Below, piece by piece: positions 54,840 to 64,000 of a DNA stretch of 64,000 nucleotides (the first letter of the stretch is position 1; each line of letters opens with the position of its first letter). The stretch spans positions 60,581-124,580 of the IMG/VR virus record IMGVR_UViG_3300028048_000080; one strand, 5' to 3'. The notes under the pieces were generated by a model. The model did no database searches. It had not been told where the DNA came from and saw only the letters and a list, made by a program, of their open reading frames with translations. Made by a program: the position numbers and the translations under genes. Origin of the DNA: a virus. Taxonomy: Duplodnaviria; Caudoviricetes.

Positions 54840-55985
54840 ATGAACAATAGAGAGAAAATGGATATGGTAATTGGAGATTCGAGAAACTGCTTACCTTTGT
54901 ATATTATTTATACTATGCAATATCTTGAAGGCGTACCAGAAGATATGATGCCTCCTGAAGTAAAGAAAATGAAAACAGGATGCGCGGCATTTCTTAATAG
55001 CTTTCTTAAAACTTTAGACGAAGAAGTTGACTCACAAAGGGGAATAATAAAGCGTTTTAGCGATTATATTTTTTACCCTAATGGTATGGCTTATCGATAT
55101 GATTATCTCGACCTTGGGTTAAAACCTTGGACGCCAAGTAAGAAGTCTCAAGAAGAATACAATAAGTTAAAATCAGGGGCTAAAACAGTAGCCGAAATAA
55201 AAGCTGAAGAGAGTAAAAAATCTGCCAAAAACGAGGCGGCAAAGCTTAAACGAGAAAAGGCCAACAAAAAAGGACATGTTCGTCTTGGAGATATTAAGAA
55301 ACTTTGCGTACCCGTGTATTGGCAGTTAAAGAAAATTACAAGTAAAAATTTCAAATTCCCTGTCAACAATGGTCCATCACTGGCAACTCTGGTATCTCAA
55401 TTGGAAAAATGTAATAGTATTATCAGGGACAAAGACATTACTGAGCAAAAAAGAAAAATAATGGAAAAATTGTCCTATAAGTACAGCGAAACAATAGATG
55501 ATAGTATAAAACCATATATCGGCAGTAGCGATAATATATATACTCAAGGTTACGGTATACATGTTAAGGATTTCGGATATGCTACAGAATATGAAATACG
55601 CTGTTCCAGTACCTGGTTCAACATTATTCCTGGTAAAGAAAAAAAATTTTTTAACATATTCAAGAACTTGGCAGCAAAAGCTTATCAACATAACCAATCT
55701 CATAACCGTCGTTATGGCAAAATTTCACAAAGCGACATCATGGAAATGATTATGCGTAATTTAATGAATCCTGATAGTTATGGCTACAACATGAGTAAGG
55801 ATATAGGAATTTATTCAGATATTGTATCTGCCGTCCAACTCTTGGAGCGCAGTAAATACGTAGACGAAGCCATTAAAAGCAATAATCCTAACCAGGAGGG
55901 TTTGACGCCGTTTATGCATGATTTCCTGATTAAAGCGAACTTTGTTGATGCCAAAGAAAAAACAGCAGAATCAGAGCAAAAATAA
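54840..55985 (+). CDS. Lys-rich hypothetical protein (381 aa)
   Basis: Long AT-rich ORF with RBS. Confidence 0.75.
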   Translation: MNNREKMDMVIGDSRNCLPLYIIYTMQYLEGVPEDMMPPEVKKMKTGCAAFLNSFLKTLDEEVDSQRGIIKRFSDYIFYPNGMAYRYDYLDLGLKPWTPSKKSQEEYNKLKSGAKTVAEIKAEESKKSAKNEAAKLKREKANKKGHVRLGDIKKLCVPVYWQLKKITSKNFKFPVNNGPSLATLVSQLEKCNSIIRDKDITEQKRKIMEKLSYKYSETIDDSIKPYIGSSDNIYTQGYGIHVKDFGYATEYEIRCSSTWFNIIPGKEKKFFNIFKNLAAKAYQHNQSHNRRYGKISQSDIMEMIMRNLMNPDSYGYNMSKDIGIYSDIVSAVQLLERSKYVDEAIKSNNPNQEGLTPFMHDFLIKANFVDAKEKTAESEQK

Positions 55986-55998
55986 GGAGTATAAGAAA

Positions 55999-56752
55999 AT
56001 GAAAAAAATAACTTGCTGGTATATGCAGAACAAAGATGGCTCATGGAGCTATAATCATTTTTCTGATGACTGGAAAGTAGATATCTTTCCACGAGCAATA
56101 AACAAAACCCAAAAGGCAAACTGGAGAACACACAAATGGAAACATGCGTATGCGTATATGACTGATGACGGCCTGATAAGCGAAGCTGCTTTTAGGATAC
56201 CCGCGAGCGTAGCCCTTGAAGAACATGAAGATCATTATGGGCCAATTGCAAAACAACTATATCTGATTGAACCGCGCTGCCCGTATGGAGGATTTGTTAA
56301 TGACTAAACAAGAATTTTGGACATTAGTGGGCGGAATGGTTGCAGAGTTCAGTTATACAAGATTGGATTGCAGAGAGTGCCCAGTTTTCAGAATGTACGG
56401 GACAAAAGTATGCAATGCTTATGACGAATGTGATAAGAAATTGCAAGAAGCGTATTCCAAGTTGGAAGACCAAGAAAAAACCTATAAAATTGATGAAGTA
56501 CTGTGTTATCTAGAAAAGAAAGCAGGGAAGAGATAAATGATGGCGGAAAACAAAATGGAAGCAGTAGCCCAGTTATTTGGGAAGAAGCTGAACGAAGAAT
56601 TTAAGATTTTAACGCCAAAAGGAAGAATTAGAAAGGTTAAATTTACAGCCGATAGAGGTCTGTTGTATTATGACGATTTTGAACACGAATGGAATAAGAA
56701 CTTTGGTTTTCTTAACTTTTTATGTGAAGGTAAGGCGGAGATTATAGAATGA
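55999..56752 (+). other. Small hypothetical CDSs: 55999-56307, 56300-56536, 56537-56752
   Basis: RBSs and overlapping start/stop codons. Confidence 0.65.
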
Positions 56753-57096
56753 TTTACACGAGTTATTTTGCTAAAATACGTAAGATGACACCCGAGCAGC
56801 AGGCTAAATGCGTAAGTATCGCCCGTTTTACGCCGAAAGGAGTAAATATTCCGCAGGCTGTTTACTTGGCGCCCGCAAAAGACATCCTGCTCCGTTATAA
56901 ACAGGATGGCAACGAGGAGGCATATGCTAAAGCGTACAATTCGTATCTGAATACGCTGGACTATGCTCTGGTAGCCAAGAATCTGCAGAGCAAAATTCTC
57001 TGCTGCTACGAGAAGTCAAGTGATTTCTGTCATAGGCATCTTATAGCCGAATGGTTAAGAAACCACGGCGTTGAATGTGAGGAACTTATATTATGA
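56749..57096 (+). CDS. DUF488-family protein
   Basis: MIYTSYFA...SIAR..P...LAP...LCCYEK...FCHRHLIAEWL. Confidence 0.85.
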   Translation: MIYTSYFAKIRKMTPEQQAKCVSIARFTPKGVNIPQAVYLAPAKDILLRYKQDGNEEAYAKAYNSYLNTLDYALVAKNLQSKILCCYEKSSDFCHRHLIAEWLRNHGVECEELIL

Positions 57097-57541
57097 GTGC
57101 TTTTGGTAGTTACGAAGCCTGTTCAACGGTATGTCAATGTCACGATTGCAGACTGCAGAATAATAATATTCCTTGTAATCCTTGTATTTGTTGCGAAGGA
57201 ATACATGAAAGCAAGCTAACTGATTATGACATAGAGTGCGGCAGTTGTGGTTATAAGTTACACAACGAATACTGTGAAACGAGAGAGAGGGAGAAACGAT
57301 GAAATGCATAATTAGTAGTGTAAGGTACTGGGATACGGAAACTTTTGTTGATGAATATGCACGAACAATACTCAAAGCCGGTTTCGAGTTAGAACGCTCT
57401 GATAGTGGAGAGTTTTGTATTACACTTTATTCTCTTGAAGACCTGAAGAAATTGAGCGAAGCAGTAGAAAACGATATTATTTTTGAATCGGGAGAAAGAA
57501 GGTATCCCACGCTTACCATCTATGATGATTATGTGGAGTGA
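57093..57541 (+). other. Small CDSs: Cys-rich 57093-57302; acidic 57299-57541
   Basis: ATGA-coupled ORFs. Confidence 0.65.
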
Positions 57542-57547
57542 TTTGCA

Positions 57548-57829
57548 TTGAAAAAGTTATTTGCCGTGATATTGTTAACAGCTACTATTCTTTGTGCTGG
57601 ATGTGGCGGAGACAAGAAGCTGGCCGACAACGGAAAAACGACGGTCATTGACTTGCCTGAAGGAGAAAAGCTAGTAAATTTTGCTGGCGACCATAACTAC
57701 AAATACATTGTCCGAAGAAAAAGGCGTACCGACGAAAAGCCTGAAGATTATATGATTGATAGAATCAATTCTGATGGTTGGGGTGGCTATGAGCAAACAG
57801 ATGAATATTTCATCGTTCGTGAACATTAA
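57548..57829 (+). CDS. Putative lipoprotein
   Basis: Signal peptide with lipobox-like CAGC. Confidence 0.7.
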   Translation: MKKLFAVILLTATILCAGCGGDKKLADNGKTTVIDLPEGEKLVNFAGDHNYKYIVRRKRRTDEKPEDYMIDRINSDGWGGYEQTDEYFIVREH

Positions 57830-57835
57830 GAAAGG

Positions 57836-60417
57836 ATGATAATCATGAAAGTTTATAACGTAATCGCTATTCATGAAGAAGACATTAAAAGGGGCAAGTT
57901 ACCCATTTCTTCAAATATTTTCGCCAATCTCGAAGACGCGCAGGATAATTTCAATGATTGGTGGGATCATTTAGTATCAAATGAAAATGTTATCGAAGAA
58001 GAGATGGAAGAATTTGACAAAGGCCATGCTTATGTAAAAATCGATAACGACGGCGAAATTATCCAGCTGTATCTTTGGGAACAGGTTGTATTGTAAGGGT
58101 GATATTGTGTCTCTTGACAAAGCTATTAAACATGGTAAGGAACACCGTAAACCTTACCGCGGTGCCAAAGCCGTAGACCATACCTGCCGTAACCATGGTA
58201 GTTGTGAACACTGTAAAAGTAACAGATTACATAAGTTCAAAAAAGACGAACCGATAGAGGAAGAATCTTCGAATTGGAAGAGTTGTCAGAGATAAGGAGG
58301 AAAGAGATGAAATACTATGTCGCAAAAGATATCGACAAGCATTTCTTGTTCGCTAAAGAAATAGCTGAACTAGTATTTGCTAAGTTTGGAGTTGCGTCAT
58401 TGGCAGGAAGACCTCACGAAAAATGATTAAGGCTCTCCTCGACGCAAATATCGACGATGTAAAAGGCGAACACCTGTTTTACCTTACCCGTAATGGTATG
58501 CGGGAGGTATATCCCAATGCTGCCATTGCTCTTAGGAAATATTGGGCGGGATATATCCATAAAGACGGCATTTATAGCATACGTATCGCTGGTAAGTGGT
58601 GGAAATATCGTATTGTAGAAGGAGAAAAGAATGATGACAGATAAAAGCGCAATAAAAATAGCTTTGACGGAATTGCGCAATGATGTAAAACTGATAGCTC
58701 GAATAGCATTCATGATAGCAATTGGTATATTTATAGGCGCATTGTTCGCTCTACTGGGCAGCATTATCCTGCAGACATGCTTTGACGTATCCGTAGAAAT
58801 GGCGCACAATGTTGGCCAGATTGTTATGGGTGTAATCGGAATACTGATTGCTCTTTTTCTAATCGAATACGATATTGCTAGGGGGACAATGTAATGCATA
58901 AAAAGCCTATTGATAATTTAGAACGTTTTTATGCTAAATTTAATTCAGAGATAGATATCGCTGATATTATCGCCTTTAATGGCAAACAGCTGAAGAAGTT
59001 GTTAAAAGAAGGATACTATATACACTCTTTGTCCGAACTTTGGTACGACGGCGAAGAGGGGCTCAGTTATAATAACTGGATTGAAGAGTATGAGGAAGGT
59101 ATCTGGGGCATGTCCCAGAAAGATGTGGAAAAAGCAGCTAAAGATGCTGTTCGCAAATTTTCGCATCTTACGCGCCGTTCCAATCAGAAGGTTATTCCGC
59201 GAGCATATAAAACAACGCGCGGCATGTTTACGATGATTTATCTTTATGCGAGAGACCGTATTGACACTGACTATGCAATTTTTTTAAGAAAAAGAGGCGA
59301 ATACAATGACTCTTGAGGAAGCAATTTGTATATTGAATAAGCTTAATTTCGCAATTACTTTCTTGTGCGAAGATGATGTTGAAGATAACAACGAGTCCAT
59401 TCTTGTTGAGTCTCCTAATGGGCATAGTAAATATTTGCCGTCATATGAGGCGCTTATTGCATTTGCGGAAGAAAAGGAGGCAAAATGAAAATCTATGGAG
59501 TCATTATGGCTAGCAACACGGCACAGGCAGATGCCATCCTGATGGATTTAGTCAACGAAAACATTTTGGATTATTATGAGCTGAATGGCCGTGAAGATAT
59601 GTCTTCCGATGAAATCAATGAAAGGTATAATGCTGTAGTTGACAACGAAGGCTGTCTTACATTGGATGAAGATTTTATAGGCAATTTAAGTGATTTGATA
59701 TATCGTGGCCGCGATATGCACACATTCGGTTTCGAAGCTGAATATTTGGAGGGCTGACTATGTTTGGTTGGCTTTTTAATGGTAAGGATGACGACAGTCA
59801 GGATCCAGTCAGAAAGAAAATCTTGGAAGATGTCGAAAGACTAAAAGAAGGCGTTCTGCAGTCGCCGCCCGAAATAAAAGTAATCTCACCGCCGTCATGC
59901 TCTATGTTCCTCATTAAGACAGAAATCGGCACATTTACCAACGCACAGCTAAAAAGCGTTTACAGCAGTGGTCCGTTCATTGAACTAAGATTTCATGATG
60001 CAAATTACACGTTCAAATGTCAAAAGACCAAAGAAACGTATGATGCTATCGTTAAAGCTATAGCAGATGCGGCGGCAAAACTTGTGCCATGCGTTATCAA
60101 TGAAGCGCCGACGCCTTATGGAATGTTCTCTTATCACGAGAATCCATATCCCGGGCCAACAGGTGAAGACCTTATTGTAGATATTGACTCTATTGTAAAA
60201 GAAGTGAGGACTTAACATGCAAAACGCAGATCGTATCAGAAGTCTGTCCAATGAAGAGCTGGCACAATTCGTCAGGAATATCAAATTACTTGGTTGTGGC
60301 GCTACATGCGCTTATGCAGAATATTGTAAACACGATGGCGTAGAAGAAGATTTTTGCCAATTGGGCACAAGATTGTGGGTTGAGCAAAAATATGAGGGAG
60401 AAGAAAATGCGTTGTGA
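57836..60417 (+). other. Run of small hypothetical CDSs: 57836-58096, 58107-58295, 58307-58426, 58423-58644, 58631-58894 (2 TM), 58894-59316, 59306-59488, 59485-59757, 59760-60215, 60217-60417
   Basis: Contiguous coupled ORFs; 58107-58295 has a CRNHGSCxxC motif. Confidence 0.65.
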
Positions 60418-60586
60418 AAATTGCAAAAATGCGTTAATAGGCAGAAGCAGAATTGTAGAGCCCATTAGCGCGTCAGAACGATTTACTACGGACTGAAGTA
60501 TCGTAAGTATAGACTGCAAGTGCAATCATAAGACCGATATGTATGGCGAAGTGAATTGCCAGGACTACCAGGAGGATACGAAATGA
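60407..60586 (+). pseudogene. Cys-rich small ORF interrupted by one in-frame TGA (60494-60496)
   Basis: MRCENCKN...TTD*SIVSIDCKC...NCQDY; the final stop overlaps the next ATG. Confidence 0.5.
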
Positions 60587-60975
60587 GTTATTTAAATGAA
60601 GACACTCTGGCTGAATTTAAGGGCCAGCTTATCGATACTTTAGAAGATTATCTTGAGGAACATGGCGTTACGCCCAGCATGCTACCGAACGAAGACCGCG
60701 ACGATGACGATGAATGCGTCGCCATTATCTACGGCTGGCATTATGACATGGTTGGTGACAATATCGAACATGAGTTACGTATTCATGACTTGGTTAACCA
60801 AAGTCCTGTCAGCAACCCGCATACCATTACCGATACCGTCAATCATATCTTTGAGGCTTATCAGGAGATACTAGATATGATCGGCCCGGAATTTATCAAC
60901 TTTGACGATGACGATGAGCGTCGTCTAAAGAATGCGGTTCGACAGATTTTCGTAAACTGGGAGGTATTCGCTTGA
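60583..60975 (+). CDS. Acidic hypothetical protein
   Basis: AGGAGG RBS before ATG 60583. Confidence 0.7.
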   Translation: MSYLNEDTLAEFKGQLIDTLEDYLEEHGVTPSMLPNEDRDDDDECVAIIYGWHYDMVGDNIEHELRIHDLVNQSPVSNPHTITDTVNHIFEAYQEILDMIGPEFINFDDDDERRLKNAVRQIFVNWEVFA

Positions 60976-61334
60976 AAAAAGCATTTGTCGCATTAACCTT
61001 AATAGCCTTTGCTTTCACGCTTAGCGGTTGCCAGCAGGACGCTCGCCGCATGGGTGGCACAACCACCATCGATGTCGCCCCTGGCATGCGTATTATTCCG
61101 TATACGGTACAGTGGGATAGAAATGCTGATATATGGTATCTTACCGAAGAAGCGCCAGCCGATTATAAGCCTAAGACCTACGTTTTCAAGGAATCGTCTA
61201 ATATGGGCGTGATGGAAGGCGAAGTTATCATCGTCGAGCATAAAATCGGCGATACGGTAAAAGTTGGCAAGCGCGACACGAATGAAACCGCTGCCCAGGC
61301 AAAGAAAATTTTGGAGCAGGGACAAAACAAATAA
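60972..61334 (+). CDS. Putative lipoprotein
   Basis: Lipobox LSGC; GGTTTIDV..G...WYLT...PKTYVFKES. Confidence 0.75.
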   Translation: MKKAFVALTLIAFAFTLSGCQQDARRMGGTTTIDVAPGMRIIPYTVQWDRNADIWYLTEEAPADYKPKTYVFKESSNMGVMEGEVIIVEHKIGDTVKVGKRDTNETAAQAKKILEQGQNK

Positions 61335-61357
61335 TCGGATCATGAAGAGATAGGGGA

Positions 61358-64000
61358 GTGATAGATATGTCAATTAAAGAAAATGAGCCTGTATATAAAA
61401 ATTACGACGCAGGAAAAGCGGAGATTAATCGAATTACTTATGTATTGCTTCGAGGAGCTACCGGCAGCGATTATGCGTGGGATGTTGTGGATAGCATTTT
61501 CGAGGATGTCGTTGAAGATGTGTTTATGGCTTCAGCGGTAGATGAAACCCACGACTGCTTAGACTTCAATACGGACGATGTGAGACTGGCAATCGGCCGT
61601 GTTCTGACAGAGCGTTTGGAGGTTCAATCATGAAGGTAGTAGAACTGATTGATATCTTGAAGAAATACCCGGATGATATGGAAGTTGTTGCGCGCATCGC
61701 CACCAAGACCAACCCTTATCAATATGTGGAGGAACAAGAAGAGGTCGGCTTTAGCGTATGGGAAGAACGAGACAATAAAATTGCTATTGACGTAGAGGGG
61801 GTGTATTTTCATTGATGCATATCACGCGCCAAGAGACGGCAAAAAATCTAGAACAGGGCCAGTAAATAAGGAGGTATTTGCATGACGAACAAGGATAAAG
61901 CTTTTGGCTGCGGCATAGTAATGGCTATTCTAGCTTTTTTGTCTGAAAACTTCAATACCACGATTGCTGCAGTATTGTATTTTATTAGTTTCATTTCGTT
62001 TGTCAGCTATTTCTTTTTTAAAGACGAGGAAGAATAATCAATGTTTATCGTAACTAGAGACGGTAAGAAAATCCGTTTGAACGAGGAAGACGTAAAGGCC
62101 GCTGAAAATGAATATGGCGGCATCAATTTTATTGGAAAACCTGTAGCAGTATGCAATGAGGGTGACCAGATGAGAAAAATCTGGATTGTTACCGTAGAGC
62201 AAGATAAAAAAGCCCATAACTACCGCAGCTATAACGGCGAAATGGACTTGGAATTCTTGGCTGAAATGAAATTTGATCATGAGCCAACCCAGGAAGAGCT
62301 TCTGTATGTTATCTCTGCTCACGGCGTAGGGCTTTACGAGACGGTCGTGCGTGTGGATACTGCTTACGAATGGACAACGGTGTATAACGATTAACGGGGA
62401 GAGACATGACAGAAAAAGTTTTAAAATCGCTGACGTTTAACTTTGAAAATGTATCCGGCATTAAAATTCCAGCTCGCTATATTGAGGCGTTAAGAATTAG
62501 CGGAATTACGTCAACCATGTTTAAATATTGGAAATGCGACAATGCGTTACAGGAACGCAAAGTTTGCAATTATTTCCTCGTTAAGATTAATCCTCGGGCT
62601 AACAAAAAAGAGTTTTGGATCCAAGATTATTTCCGAGAAGAAGGTAAGGCGCCTTTTGAACGCATCCAGAAACGTAAAGATATTTGTAGCGTCACTCTCG
62701 AATACGAAGGTGGGTTTGACGAAGAAATATACATGGAATGGGATGGCCCGTCGGAAACGAACAACCGACAGACAAGCGGTTATGAGAAAGGCGGCCCGTT
62801 CTTCATTAAAATTGGCAAAGCTGGTTTGTAAGGAGTCCGTCAGATTTTAGGAGAAATTGTTATGGCAAAAAGTCAACGAGAATTGTGGTTGCTTGATTTA
62901 GGTGGCGATTATACCTTCACAAAAGGCACAGAAGAAGAAATCAGGCAATTCCTGGAAAAAGTAGTCGAGAATGAAACGACGAACTGTAATTATTGTTGGT
63001 GTGATGGCGTTGAAAAATGCAAAGATAAATATCTGTGTGCAGTTGTATTTTATGAAACTAGCTTTGAAGATTGTCCGACAATTGATTTTAGGGCTACTCC
63101 ACTTAGAAATATAGCTTCAGAACCTATAGAAGAATTGATGAAGGCATGCAAAAAAAGAGGAGCATAAAAAATGAAATACGAAGTACATTGGGTAAAAGCA
63201 TGGATGATGTGCACGCCGCCGTATAAAATTGAGCGACATGGTACATTTGATAATTTAGAAGAAGCGCAGCAGTCCGTAAGAGATTGGTGGCAGAAAAACG
63301 ATTACAAGCCGCGCTATGTCCGCCAGATGGCCGATGATAAAGGCAATATTTGGTGGGACTACGGGCTTCACAGTTCATTCTATGTGTTTTTAGAGGTAAA
63401 AAATGAAAAAATCATTTCGGATTAAAGACCATCAGCAACTATGTAAGCTTAAAAAGAAAGAAGCTCGCGGCGAAATGCTTAAACATCACGAAAAGAACAT
63501 CCTGGCCATTACGAGAATGCATTTTGGTAATCGCCGCATTAAAATGGGTACACGGGCAATGCATCTGCTGCCTCGCGAGTTGATGAATAAGAAACTTAAA
63601 AGAGGCCTTGCTACAATGGGCTTACTGGATGCCATTGAACGATTATGCGAAGACAGAGGTATAAAGTTATGGAATACGGCAAAAAACTAGAGCTCATGCG
63701 CAGTGAAGTGCGCCGGCTCGTAAAAGAATACAATGATAGCGAACTCTGCTGGGAAGAAATGGCTGCTGATGTCCATCTTGACCCGCGTCTTGATTTACTG
63801 TCGCAGGTTAACGTGTTTGCCGAAGTTTATCATCGGATTCAAGGTGACACTGTCGAACGCCATGAACACGAAGATATTGATGATGACTATTATCTCGGAA
63901 CCTATGGTGTAGATATGGGAGAGAGTTATGGAAATTAAGAATGCTTTCGCTATCGAAGTAGATTTTGATGGCGATATTCGTAGCAAAGCTGCAGGCTTTC
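61358..64000 (+). other. Run of small hypothetical CDSs: 61358-61633, 61630-61815, 61882-62037 (membrane), 62041-62394, 62406-62831, 62862-63167, 63171-63425, 63403-63690, 63669-63938, 63928->64000
   Basis: RBSs and tight packing; no recognisable family. Confidence 0.65.

Larger units (their letters stand above)
1..64000. mobile_element. Segment of a large contractile-tailed bacteriophage (or prophage) genome
   Basis: Terminase-portal-protease-capsid-sheath-tube order on the minus strand. Dense small-ORF early region on the plus strand. No host housekeeping genes. Confidence 0.95.

Noticed and set aside
58307-58644. Programmed or artefactual frameshift at gaaaaatga joining two ORFs
   Set aside because: Equally explained by ordinary ATGA translational coupling; cannot be decided without homologs or reads.
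27142-64000. Genome-wide stop-codon reassignment
   Set aside because: TGA ends many genes, including ATGA overlaps, and gene density is high under the standard code.

Overview
The window is part of a large tailed-phage (myovirus-type) genome. The host is probably a Bacillota, inferred from AGGAGG ribosome-binding sites and sigmaA-type promoters. There are two divergent halves. 1-26842 (minus strand) is a virion morphogenesis operon: probable terminase small subunit, a cluster of Gly/Ala-rich proteins, terminase large subunit, a portal with a C-terminal MuF-like motif, protease/scaffold, capsid-associated protein, major capsid, Ig/FN3 and head-tail proteins, two sheath-like proteins and three tail-tube-like proteins. 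27142-64000 (almost all plus strand) is a dense early/middle region. Its most notable element is a two-barrel RNA polymerase of the cellular-RdRP/YonO type that appears split into two separately translated ORFs (28559-30601 with DFDGD; 30670-32856 with the downstream D-x-x-K-x-G motif). Around it are: an upstream peptide ORF with a convergent sigmaA promoter; a recurring 21-bp motif preceded by strongly G-depleted tracts ahead of plus-strand operons (candidate cognate promoter or ncRNA array); a roughly 2.4 kb mostly non-coding structured region where a GCCGCG motif flips polarity; a stand-alone RNAP alpha-CTD; and a PcrA-like Tudor/DUF1599 fusion. Together these suggest a phage transcription-takeover system. 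An AEP primase-polymerase, nucleotidyltransferase, AAA ATPase, LysM and DUF488 proteins and many small hypotheticals follow. No tRNA, rRNA, CRISPR array, integrase or transposase was seen. All calls come from motif reading by eye; no database searches were run.
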